From: Porphyridium purpureum
Taxonomy: Eukaryota
Direction: 5' to 3'
Length of the DNA stretch: 64,000 nt
Assembly (NCBI GenBank): GCA_008690995.1
Contig: VRMN01000010.1
Coordinates: 620,001 to 684,000 of the forward strand
Positions 1 to 10,289 of the stretch are shown here, piece after piece; positions within the stretch are counted from its first letter, which is position 1; each line of letters opens with the position of its first letter. The notes under the pieces were generated by a model. That model was not told where the DNA came from. It saw nothing but the letters and a program-made list of their open reading frames with translations, and made no database searches. Position numbers and translations under genes: made by a program.

Positions 1-727
1 TCGCTCTTGCGATCTCCTCTCTTGAAGTCCGCCGTTCACGACAGAGGTAAATAGTAGGAGGCCGGGCTAGCCCTAAGTCTAACCGAGTAAGGGTTATATC
101 TAGCGCCCAGGATGTCAGAAGGAGCTACTCTTGTGTGAAAACGGTAAATCAATTATTCGGTACCTAAAGCTGAACAGTTGCGCTGAACCGCCCGTCGAGG
201 CGGCCGGCGCTTGTTTTAGACTCTTGAGTTTCTTGGTGTGTTGGGCATAAAAGTTCATTTTGTTCGTGGAAAGGAACAAATTTATGGAGCGGCGCACATG
301 GTGCGCGCACATCTTATAGGAGACCGTCGGACACCCGTACACACACCCGCGCTGCAGCTGACATGAGCAGTAGTCGGCGCATCGCTGGTGATAAGGACGG
401 CTGCGTCTTTGGAAGAGCAAGAGACTCTGTTGAGGAAGTTAACCCACCGGATGAAGTGTTTTCGATGGGGGGGAGAGCGAACGCACGACCTGCTGACGAG
501 GAAAGAGGCGGCGCAACAGGTCCCAGGGATGAGTGGCACGACCCCAACGCCACGCGGAGAGTGCGATATTTCCGGCTCTCGCGGCTGCTCTATGTAAGGG
601 AATTATCCGGTCGGGCGGAGCTAGGATTGCCGGTCTCTTGAGGTGATAGAAGCTTTAGACTTAAGTATCAGGAATATTTGAGTTACTATAAAAAGGAAGC
701 TTTGTCAAAGCGATGGAGTTTATGGAC

Positions 728-1068
728 TGTTGAGCGGCGACACCCGCGGGTCCGGACGTCTCGGATTTTGTACAGAATCATTCAAGAAAACAGCTTTCAA
801 GACACGGACTAAGTACATGGGAACCGCTAGGCATTCTGATTACAAAGCATCGTAATCCTGATAAGTAACTAAGAGGAGCTGAAAACGGGTGTCAAAAGAA
901 TTTCTAACAGCTCTAAGGTTGGAATGTAGGAGACCTCTGGAAAGACTCTCCAAAAAACTCTCGGAAAAGGTCTGATCCACTCAAACTCAAGATTCTGCAC
1001 GCAAAAAGAGTTTTCTAACAGCATTTCTTGGTAGTACTCCAGAGGCGAAAGAGGATCTAATTTCAACA
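728..1068. mobile_element. Possible solo LTR
   Basis: TGTTGA...TCAACA inverted termini around a 341-bp AT-richer non-coding segment. Flanks TATGGAC / CACGGAC are similar but not a clean TSD. Confidence 0.3.
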
Positions 1069-1074
1069 CACGGA

Positions 1075-1710
1075 CTGAGTGCGCGGCTAGACGAGCGTGG
1101 AAAGCACACGCAGAACTGCTCAATGGGACTCACTCGGTACGGCGGCAATTCCACGGTCGTTGACGTCCTGGTCCGTGTCGCGACTTCTGCGGGGCATAGG
1201 GTCCGCAACGAAGTCCATCTCGATGATTCACCGGACATCGTAGGCGCGCGTCCCGGCGACGTTTCATTCAGCAGCCATCTCGTTAATGTCGACGTCGTTG
1301 CGTTCAACCGGGTTGCCACTGCGGGTATCCGCAAGCGAGGCTGCTTTGCTGCCGCTCGTGCAGCGACCGCAGCTAGCTCCTCAGGTCATACCGCCAACGT
1401 GGTGGCCTTCACCGTCTCCACATGTGGAAACGTGGACTCACTCGGACATTCTTTTCTGGCCAAAGACGCGCGCGACTTTGTTCGCAAGCGACAGATACGC
1501 CCAGCATGGGCCCTGACGGTGGCTTCCCAGGTTGTGTCCTTGACTGTTTACCGCGGCGTCGCTCATGCCATACTTCTACGGTACGCGGCTGGGTATGCGA
1601 CCTTCACGTCGGGTGGCTTGCGCTGGCTCCCACACGTGACTCTGGCACTCGGCGCATCCGTACCGAGCGCTTCAGCTGACCATACCCGCGCTGCTAAGTT
1701 TCGCTCCTAA
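1075..1710 (+). pseudogene. 3' fragment of an RLE-type (CRE-like) non-LTR retrotransposon ORF
   Basis: LDERGKHTQNC zinc-knuckle remnant, then VVDVL..A..AG..V..E, RPGDV..DVV, AFTVSTCG and SLTVYRGVAHAIL, matching the C-terminal restriction-like endonuclease of CRE/R2-group LINEs. No RT recognised upstream. Confidence 0.6.
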
Positions 1711-2130
1711 GTCATTCGCAAGCCAGCTCCTGAATTGCTCGGGCTGAGCCATTGATTGAGACAAATCGTGCAGGTGGAAAAGGGCACCTTTTTGCATAGT
1801 ACGATGGGGTTGTCTTTTACTACAAGACCTACTCGCACGGTTCAGTTAGGATGAAGCGATAACGCGTGTGGACGATCACCTTGCGTCGCGGCCGTGCCTG
1901 TACGGCCTTGCGCATGCGCGCCTGTGCTCCTGTGTGTGCATAACTGTGTCGGTGTGCGTATGCGCCTGCGCGCCTGCGTGCGTCTGGCGAGGGCGTGTCT
2001 GCGTCGCCACCGTTGACGAGCTGCCGCGCAGGAGTCCGACTCACAAGTCATGATTGACCTCCTCCACTGTACCCCTCTACCCACACTCTCCACTGTACGC
2101 CTACCGTACCCACAAGACCTTGGTTGTAAG

Positions 2131-2428
2131 TGTTTGGAAACCTCGCTCCGCTGATGGACAACCTCCAGTACAACGACCAAGTTTATCAAGTTCTAAACGT
2201 ACAACTTTTCCAACTCGCATTCCCTACCGAAGACCACCTCGGTCGCACTCAGCACCGAGCTTCGCGCGCGGCTTATAAGCCAACCGACCCTTTCTCCTAC
2301 GCTCCTACCGCCGGCCGACAACCGCAGCCAAGTTTCCCCTCTCAAGTCACGTCCCTTATCAGGTTAACGGCTTAACGACTACAAGTTAACCGCTAACCGT
2401 TAACCGCCATGCTCCACGCATCTTAACA
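2131..2428 (-). repeat. 3' LTR of copia element
   Basis: Direct repeat of 7612-7917; about 11 substitutions and one 8-nt indel counted by eye. Confidence 0.95.
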
Positions 2429-5400
2429 CACTCCCTCCTTGGCGCGTGTTGTCATAAGCAACGTGTTTCGTGCTCGCGGAGCCAAACAAGTTCGCACGGT
2501 GCTTTTCAAAGACCTTGCCCTGGAGAGGTTTCGTTAATAGATCTGCGGTCAGATCTTCGGTTGGGCAATACACGACGCGTATGTCGCCTCTATCCGCTGC
2601 GTCGTGCACGACGAAATACCGGATTCCGATGTGCTTTGTCCTCATGGAGGTTGGCTTGCCGTCTTTCATCAGCGCTATGGCAGAGTTGTTATCTTGAAGC
2701 AACACACTCTCTTTGAGCTCGAAGCCTTGATCGCGAAGGAACCGCGCCGTCCAAAGCACCTGCCCGAGACTGTCGCTGGCAGCGACAAGTTCGGCTTCTG
2801 TCGAACTTTTTGTCACAAGCTTCTGCTTGCTGCTCCTGGCGTACACAGCCCCGGTACCCAACGTGACCGAAGTCCCCGTGACCGATCTATAGTCGTCGCA
2901 TGCACCGTACGACGCGTCCGCACCGCAGACCACTGTTTTCTCCGTGCTCGCTCCAAGTCGCAGACGCATTTCTTGGGTGGCTGCCAAATACTTCATGACA
3001 CGCTCCAGCTTTTGCCAATCGCGAATGTTTGGCTCGTGCACCCTCGTCGTCAGATACCCGACGGCCGTAAGGATGTCTCGCCTCACGCGTTTGGCTACGT
3101 ACAACAGCTTCGCGGTCCACGTGTGGAAATCGTCTTTTTCATCTCTTGTGAGCCTTTCGGTCGATCCCACTTCGTACAGGTCAGTACCTGCCGGCGTGCG
3201 CGCCCGTCCACTTGCACCAAACTCGCTCAGCATGGTGCCGATGTATCCATTCATGCTAACCAGCACAGTGGCTGTACTTCTGTCAAATGCAAAGCGCATA
3301 CCCAGGTACTCGACGGTATCCCCCTGCTCTCTCTGCAGTCCTGGGTACCTGCGCTCGATTTCATCCAACACAATTTTCACCTCGCGCGCGGACGGAGCGA
3401 ACACGATTATGTCGTCAACGTGTATTGCGAGCGATACATTGCCGCGTCTGAATACGCACTCGTCGAATCGATTCTGCGAAAAGCGCAGTTCTTGCAACAT
3501 CTTTTTTACCGTCAGGAACCACTGGCGCGCGGCCATGATTGTTCCGTACAGCGCCTTTTTCAAAACGCACACCAAGCCGCCATCGGAGCGCACGTAACGA
3601 AGATACTTGTCGTCTAGGCCACATAACACCCTCGTCAGGTACCTGTCCAACCTCACGTGTACCTTTGGACCATCAGGAGGCATTAGTGCATTCAAGAACG
3701 CACCGGGAAAGTCAGCCTTACCCACAGCGTACTTTGCGTTGGCTGCTATTGCTGCGAGCAATAACAGACTATCTGTGGCAACAGTCGGTGACGACTTCTT
3801 CGGGTACACTGCTGGATCCTGGTGATTGCCTCCCGCTACAACTCTGGCTTTGATTTTCTGGATCGATCCATCTGCGTCAAGCTTCTCTCTGAGAAATATG
3901 TGAGTGGGTAGGATCTGCTTCCTCTCAGCCTCTGACAGGCTCTGCACACTCACGGGAGTGATAACCCCAAAGCCATACTTACTATCCAGTTGCGCAACCT
4001 CCTTGACGACCGCACGGACCGCTTTCAAGCCATGCTTTCGGAAAGCCGACATCAGACTCATGTTTGCTGTAAGACCCTTCTTATTCGCAGACAGCACAAA
4101 GGCTCGTCCTTTTTTGGCGTCCGCTTTGTGAGACTCTTCGTCATCCGCCCAGTCCTCACTGCTCTGCTTCCGCCTTCCGGTTTTGCTCCGATCATTCTTC
4201 TCTGTCCTTTTCTGTATTTCCACTATTTCCTTTTCACGCTGATCAATTTCGTCAATCCTGCGTTGCAGCTTGGCCAGTTTCTCGGCGAGGTCTTTTGCTC
4301 TCACAGAGCCGTTGGTTCGCGCTCTCTTTCCCGCCAGCTTCACTGTATGCTCGTCGATGTATGTCGCTGTGCTTGTTCTTGCCAGCGGATCAACAATGAC
4401 CTCTGGCTCGCAACCGTTCCGACCACCTGACGTGCTCATGTCTGGAAGCCGCTGGTCGTTCAAAGCGTTCGGTGCAAGCGTGCTGCCTTGGTATTCTTGC
4501 CGAATCGCTGGACTTGCTTCAGGTGCTGTGGCGCGAGGCACAATCTGTGAGGCAGATGGAATAAAATGTTGCTGTCCAGGTCCTTGCGTGCTTGTCGGCG
4601 AGCGCGTCTTTGCGGTACCCAGCGGCGCTTGCATTCCAACAGTGAGCTGCGATCGCAGAGCTCTAACGTCTTGTTGCGGACTACTATAAGTCTCCGCGGG
4701 GCTTTGTTCGGTTGGATTGCGCGTCTCAGTTCCGAGTGCCTCCTGCGCTGCAGGACTGGCTACCTCTGCTGTGCACAGCTCTTCCAGGACTGGATCGCCT
4801 TGTGCTTGGCGCGCGTTCTCTTCTGCCGTTTCCACCAAGGCGTCGCCGTCCTCGTCCGCTTCCACCACAACACGGTCGACATCTTCCTGTGCCGCTGCGT
4901 TCTGCTCCGGCCGATCTTGCTCATCGATTAGCAAGTCCTCCACGTCCTCTTCTTCGTCGTCACGCGGCTGGTCCTCAATATCTATGACGACACCACTCGC
5001 ACTCTGTTGCTCAGCAATTTCGTTCATCTTGGATATAACGAAGTCTGGATGCGGCAACTGGTTCCACTTCTGTCGCGTGATGATATTCTTTGTATTGAGG
5101 TTGTAGAACAGCCATGATCCGGCCAGGTTCAAGGTCGGACGCAGCGCGATGCATCCTGTCGTTCGTTCGGCCATTGTCATGTCGACGCTCTTGCTGTGCG
5201 ACTGGCAATAGTCTCCAAATCCGAGTGCTAGCTCCTTCTTCGCGTCAACTAGGCGCCCTTTCAGATCCTCGTATGGCGATCGCCCATCGTACTGTGACGC
5301 AACGGAGCTTTTCATCATGTTTATGCGCTGCACTACATACTCAGCCAGGAACCCAGTTAGGCTCTTCGGCATTCGGAATGATAAGCCGCTCAGGACGCAT

Positions 5401-6419
5401 CGCATTCGCTCTTTCACCATTCTGACGGCCCTTTCTACGGGCTGGACAGCCTCGCCTGCGGCCAGTATGTCTGGGATAACACCATTGCTTTTCATCCAGT
5501 CAACTGCGGCCACAATTCCGCTCTCTGGGTCGCTGCGGATCTTGACAACTTTTGCACCGAAGCTTTTCAAGCTAGCGAACTGCTTATGCAACGCCTCTTG
5601 CAGATGATGAGCGCTCTTGCTCGTGACACGATCCAGCAATATATATTGCATGGGCTTACACACGCTCACAACGAACACATAGCCGTCTACAAACATCAAG
5701 TCTGCGCGCAGTGATATTTCGCGGCTCATCCGTGCTTGACAGGACTCCTGCTCGATCGGGCTTTTGTGGCCGGTGGCTCGTCCTTTTAGAACCGGTACCG
5801 CGGGGGCCCCGGTTGTCTCCGCGCGATCTACGTCACGCGCGCTCACCTCGCAATTCAATATGCCGCCATTTCTCAGTGCGTCTGTCAAGTTTTTGAGTGA
5901 CGGATATGCCATCCTGCGCGTCAAGTCGCGCGCCGCTTTTGCGCTTGCCACCTGTCTCGGCGAAAAATCGTTTTCTCGTTCCGCAGCTGTTCCTTCGAGC
6001 AGCAGTGTTTTGCCTATGGTGATTGGGAGTGTGGTAGTGTAGATGTGGTCTGCGCGCGGACGGAACGTAAAGATGCTTTTATCGTAATAGAGTCTAAATG
6101 TATTAGACCTATCATGAAAGAGCACTTTATGCCCGTCAGCACGCAACCGTCCCAGGCTGAGTACGTTTCCGCAGACCTTGCGCGAAAGGTAGACAGTGCC
6201 AAACGCACTGTCCCCAATACATGCGATGCGCACTGGCTTTGCCGAATTGATGCCGTTCAACAATAGCGTTCTCGCTGCGCGCCTCGTGTTTTTCACGAGG
6301 TCACGGTCGCGAAAGACGTGGTCGCTGGAGCAACTGTCAATCCCGATTTCTCCTACTGCAAACGTCTCACCTGTGCAGACAGTCGCGCGGTGCCGCTTTG
6401 GCAGCAACGCGCCGCGCCG
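2400..6419 (-). CDS. Copia Pol (protease, integrase, RT, RNase H), in frame with gag after a single TGA
   Basis: PR IGIDSCSSDH; IN ADLMFVDG..RSDPES..PVERAVR; RT KARVVAGG, KKALYG, HVDDI; RH DASYG, SSTEAELVA, QDN, ADLLTKPL. The ORF runs 29 nt into the 3' LTR. Confidence 0.93.
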   Translation of the reverse strand, partial: RRGALLPKRHRATVCTGETFAVGEIGIDSCSSDHVFRDRDLVKNTRRAARTLLLNGINSAKPVRIACIGDSAFGTVYLSRKVCGNVLSLGRLRADGHKVLFHDRSNTFRLYYDKSIFTFRPRADHIYTTTLPITIGKTLLLEGTAAERENDFSPRQVASAKAARDLTRRMAYPSLKNLTDALRNGGILNCEVSARDVDRAETTGAPAVPVLKGRATGHKSPIEQESCQARMSREISLRADLMFVDGYVFVVSVCKPMQYILLDRVTSKSAHHLQEALHKQFASLKSFGAKVVKIRSDPESGIVAAVDWMKSNGVIPDILAAGEAVQPVERAVRMVKERMRCVLSGLSFRMPKSLTGFLAEYVVQRINMMKSSVASQYDGRSPYEDLKGRLVDAKKELALGFGDYCQSHSKSVDMTMAERTTGCIALRPTLNLAGSWLFYNLNTKNIITRQKWNQLPHPDFVISKMNEIAEQQSASGVVIDIEDQPRDDEEEDVEDLLIDEQDRPEQNAAAQEDVDRVVVEADEDGDALVETAEENARQAQGDPVLEELCTAEVASPAAQEALGTETRNPTEQSPAETYSSPQQDVRALRSQLTVGMQAPLGTAKTRSPTSTQGPGQQHFIPSASQIVPRATAPEASPAIRQEYQGSTLAPNALNDQRLPDMSTSGGRNGCEPEVIVDPLARTSTATYIDEHTVKLAGKRARTNGSVRAKDLAEKLAKLQRRIDEIDQREKEIVEIQKRTEKNDRSKTGRRKQSSEDWADDEESHKADAKKGRAFVLSANKKGLTANMSLMSAFRKHGLKAVRAVVKEVAQLDSKYGFGVITPVSVQSLSEAERKQILPTHIFLREKLDADGSIQKIKARVVAGGNHQDPAVYPKKSSPTVATDSLLLLAAIAANAKYAVGKADFPGAFLNALMPPDGPKVHVRLDRYLTRVLCGLDDKYLRYVRSDGGLVCVLKKALYGTIMAARQWFLTVKKMLQELRFSQNRFDECVFRRGNVSLAIHVDDIIVFAPSAREVKIVLDEIERRYPGLQREQGDTVEYLGMRFAFDRSTATVLVSMNGYIGTMLSEFGASGRARTPAGTDLYEVGSTERLTRDEKDDFHTWTAKLLYVAKRVRRDILTAVGYLTTRVHEPNIRDWQKLERVMKYLAATQEMRLRLGASTEKTVVCGADASYGACDDYRSVTGTSVTLGTGAVYARSSKQKLVTKSSTEAELVAASDSLGQVLWTARFLRDQGFELKESVLLQDNNSAIALMKDGKPTSMRTKHIGIRYFVVHDAADRGDIRVVYCPTEDLTADLLTKPLQGKVFEKHRANLFGSASTKHVAYDNTRQGGSVLRCVEHGG

Positions 6420-7598
6420 TCAAATGTCGCTCCCCGACTCACTTCCACCTGTCGCCTCATCGTCGTCTACGGCCACCATCGTAGCGCTGCGCTCTTTCTT
6501 CTTTGCCCTCAGGGCTTTCTTCATCTCTTCAACTTCCTGGCGAAGAGTGACCACCACGTTTGGTTCAGTGCAGTCCGATTTGAAGTGGCCCATCCTCTGG
6601 CAATTGTAACAGCGCACCCGGCTCACATCCACCCTGGGCTTTACGGGTTTGCTGCCGGAATGAGGTTCATCCTCATCGTTGCTTTCGTCTTCTTCACGTC
6701 CTGCCACAAAAGTTGTACCGACCCGTGGGACCGCTCCAACTGGAACGATTTTATGGTTTGAAACTACTCGCATAATCTCATTCACTGTGTCTAGTACCGC
6801 GCCCGTGTTTTGCAGGTGCACTATGGTGTTTCTGTGCGCTCCCGAAATCTCGAGCTTGCGCGCGAAGTCGGCAGCCAGCCTCTTCGCGTCTCCTGTGTGT
6901 TCGCCAACGGCATCCATGGCTCGCAATATCGCGTCGAACCTGGCTCGAAAATGCACGAGCGACTCACCCGGTTCCATTGCCAGCTTGTGGAACATTTCCG
7001 CCGCATACAGCTGATTCTGAACAGCGCTGTCAGATCCGAGCGTCATGTGCACTGCAAGCACCTGCTTGGCGAGCTCCAGGGGATCGTTGGCAGAAGCTGC
7101 CAGCTCATCGAATGAGCCCCTGCGCTTCAGTGCGTCTCCAGACGCTTCACTCAGCTGCCCCACGATCACGGCAAACACCTTCGGTTTGGTCTCTTCGAGC
7201 TCCCGGACTTTCTTATGGTAGCTCTGCATGACTATGCGCACGTTCTCGGCCTTGACGGGAGCTGCGACATCTTGAGGAAGGCCCGACAATTCTGCCGCTG
7301 CGAATGCCTCTGCAGATGGAGGATTTGCTGTTGGGTATTCCATTCCATGCTCACTCAGATCGAAGATACGTCCAACTTCTCCAAAGTGGAGCCTGACGTA
7401 GTTCCCCAACTCTTTGAACCAAGCGACCACAGAGTAGGCGGGGGTGGATCCGCGCGCCGTGTACTTTAACAACGGCAGTTCCGCCATCGCCCCCTTCTCC
7501 CGAGCGGTGGTCAGGTGGTGCCCTTTTCCGCGGCCACGCGATCCTCCTCGCGCCGCCGCTCCCCTGGCTCCTCCCGCTGCACCGCCTCTCGTTGACAT
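6420..7598 (-). CDS. Copia Gag
   Basis: ATG 13 nt after the 5' LTR (MSTRGG...); zinc knuckle CYNCQRMGHFKSDC; ends ...GSDI-TGA. Confidence 0.9.
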   Translation of the reverse strand: MSTRGGAAGGARGAAARGGSRGRGKGHHLTTAREKGAMAELPLLKYTARGSTPAYSVVAWFKELGNYVRLHFGEVGRIFDLSEHGMEYPTANPPSAEAFAAAELSGLPQDVAAPVKAENVRIVMQSYHKKVRELEETKPKVFAVIVGQLSEASGDALKRRGSFDELAASANDPLELAKQVLAVHMTLGSDSAVQNQLYAAEMFHKLAMEPGESLVHFRARFDAILRAMDAVGEHTGDAKRLAADFARKLEISGAHRNTIVHLQNTGAVLDTVNEIMRVVSNHKIVPVGAVPRVGTTFVAGREEDESNDEDEPHSGSKPVKPRVDVSRVRCYNCQRMGHFKSDCTEPNVVVTLRQEVEEMKKALRAKKKERSATMVAVDDDEATGGSESGSDI

Positions 7599-7611
7599 GG
7601 TAATACGTTTA

Positions 7612-7917
7612 TGTTCGGAAACCTCGCTCCGCTGATGGACAACCTCCAATCCAACGACCAAGTTTATCAAGTTCTAAACGTATAACTTTTCCAACTCGCA
7701 CTCCCTACCGAAGACCACCACGGTCGCGCTCAGCACCGAGCTTCGCGCGCGGCTTATAAGCCAACGGACCCTTTCTCCTACGCTCCTACCGCCGGCCGAC
7801 AACCGCAGCCAAGTTTCCCCTCTCAAGTCACGTCCCTTATCAGCTTAACGGCTTAACGGCTTAACGACTACAAGTTAACCGCTAATCGTTAACCGCCATG
7901 CTCCACACATCTTAACA
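7612..7917 (-). repeat. 5' LTR of copia element
   Basis: Direct repeat of 2131-2428; TTATAA box near 7754-7759; clustered TTAACG/TAACCG motifs. Confidence 0.95.
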
Positions 7918-8259
7918 GTAAGTGGCCCAGGGCTGACGGAGCGCCGGAGTGCGACCTGTACCTTTTCCATGAACTGTACTCAAGGAGGTAGAGTGAAATG
8001 ATAAACCGATAAACCGAATCTGGCGTTATGGAGCATGAATGCATGCTGACGAAGGGGCAAGGGAGGAGGAGCCTGGAGAACGCCGGCAATCCTACGCTCA
8101 AGGAATTATATACACTGCTCTCCGATAAGCATGCATGCATACAGTTCCTTATGAGCATCGGTGTGCTTGCGGCAAAATTGCGTTGTCCTGCGGTGGGTTG
8201 CTCAGCGGAGATGCGCGAGGTTGTGATGAAGTGTGCATTCAGGTGCAAAAGAAAAGCTT

Positions 8260-8518
8260 TGTCAATCCCTACGGATCCGAGAGCCGAGTTGCCAAGCTAT
8301 CTCAGCGACCCAAGAAAGTTTTATGAACTCTTCTTCTTTTCTGTCGACTCTGACTGTTTACTTTTTGACGGCTAGGCCGGCCGCGACTCGGCGTAGTTTT
8401 ATACTAGGGCTAGCAGGGAGAGAGATGGAGACCCTCATTATAACCAAGTGGTTATATTGAGGGAGGCTGTACCCCTGTGGGTACAGCGAGAGTTAATTAA
8501 TTATTTAATTAATTGACA
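8260..8518. mobile_element. Solo LTR inserted in the Merlin transposase
   Basis: TGTCAAT...ATTGACA termini; decayed 5-bp TSD AGCTT/GGCCT; its removal restores the transposase frame. Confidence 0.75.
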
Positions 8519-8899
8519 GGCCTGCCAGCAGTTTGTATCGTTTCGATCCACAAATTCGTTCTTCTCTGCCCAGAAAAATCTTGCTTTTCTCGATGTCTTG
8601 TTTTGTGTTTTTCTTTGGCTCCACTCTTTTTGTGCCACGTGTCACAAACGGAGCTTCTTTTCTTTACTTCTTCTTCTCTCCTCTACCTACTCTCTTCTTC
8701 CTAGCCTTTTTTCTTCGTTCGGCTGCCGCTCGCTCTGTTTTATACCCGCCTTCCGGCGCCGCAACGGCTTGCCCGGCGGGTTCAGCCCTCGGAATAACCC
8801 AATCCCGCGGCCCTCAACACAACTCAGCTGTACCACACGGTACACCCACAGCTGTACTTTCAGTACACTTAGGGACTGTACCTCTGCGTACTCGCTGTA

Positions 8900-10289
8900 C
8901 AGCAAGTGACAATCAATTAAAAACACCCGCTAGTCGTTACCTTTTATAACAAAACATGGTAAATTTAGTACAAACTCGTTGAAGTAGAGATTTTACGCGC
9001 GAAGGGAAAGTGACAAACGATTAAAAACAGAGCAAGTTCAGAGAGTTTACCGCAGCAGTGAAGAGTAAAAGCGAGTTCTGAAAGCGCCACGTCCTTCCTT
9101 GGCCCAAGACCTTTCCAACGAGTCCCTTTGACACACTGTCACGCGAGCCTGTGACGCAGGAGCCCTCCATTTTCGCCAGGGCGTCCTAATCTGCCGTTCG
9201 CAGCTCTTTCACGCTATAAAACTGCTGGAATTCACCGTAAACGTGGCCTATTACATGTCTCCGAACATGGTCAATTGAATCCAAGTCTCGCGGGAGCGCA
9301 GGACTATCTCTAGCTTCCACATATTTGCTTTTCAATCGGTATCAGGTTTGCTCTGCCTTGAGGCAAGCTACATAGAGCAACATAAACATGAAGCAACTGA
9401 GCTTTTTTACGGCTCTCATATTCACCCGAAATCTGTCCAACATGTTCACGCTTCTTGCGCTCCTCTCAATAGGGATACGATGGTCGCATGCGAAGGAGAA
9501 GTCTAAATTTTCGGGTGCGGTTGGCACTCCCAAGTTATCAAGCTGTGTGCACCGAACGTACAGATGAAATGGTTGACTGGGATAAGCTCTGACCCTCCCT
9601 AAGAGAAGAGGACACCATCAGAACCCTCCAATTCGAGCCTTTTAGGTCCGTAAATAACACTTGCAAGTTTTTCTCTGTTTTCAGCAGTAAAAACAACTCA
9701 TTCATTTTGTGTGTGTCCATGACAGTTCTCCAAAGCTGGTATGGTCGTCTTCGTCTCGCACGTGCGCTTATTTCTGGTTCCAAGTCTGGTGCGTTGCGCT
9801 GAAATTGGCTCGGCACATGCTGATTACAGTTCTGTGCGAACCAAAAACGCTGCAAAAGAAGGCCTTGCTTTGGGACATTTTCAAGCTTTGGGTGCGGTTT
9901 GGATGTTATTCTTGCGTCATTCTGATCGGGTCTCCATTTGCTTTCCGTTTTGAGGCTATTCAAATACCTTTGTACTAATGGAACGGAGCAAAATCTCGAT
10001 AGTCAATTCGTGATCACCCGCATCATGCATTCCTCCGTAACCACGCCACCAATCATGCTGGGCTCTTGTCCACTGAAAAACGTTGCTGTGCTCCTGATGA
10101 AATCGCGCCGAGCGCTCCTGTCCATGCTCTATGACCCCTGGAATGTGTGTTTGACTGCACTGTTTTTAATCGTTTGGACGCTCGCACGGTCACCGAAAGG
10201 TCGACCTTCTTCAATTTTATTCTAAAATTACCTATTTTCATAGAAAATATGCAAAACAGCGGGTGTTTTTAATTGATTGTCACTTACTG
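8900..10289 (-). mobile_element. Non-autonomous Tc1-like element with decayed transposase, inserted in the gypsy 3' LTR
   Basis: 32-bp TIRs CAG(C/T)AAGTGACAATCAATTAAAAACACCCGCT, TA duplication. Minus-strand remnants VLFTD..LEGSDG and DSPALPRDLDSIDHV. Confidence 0.88.

Larger units (their letters stand above)
2131..7917 (-). mobile_element. Full-length Ty1/copia LTR retrotransposon
   Basis: LTRs 2131-2428 and 7612-7917 (TG..CA). Perfect 5-bp TSD GTAAG (2126-2130, 7918-7922). PPT AAGGAGGGAGTG next to the 3' LTR. Domain order gag-PR-IN-RT-RH. Confidence 0.97.

Noticed and set aside
115..700. Short ORFs at the window start
   Set aside because: No family motif; probably decayed repeat sequence.
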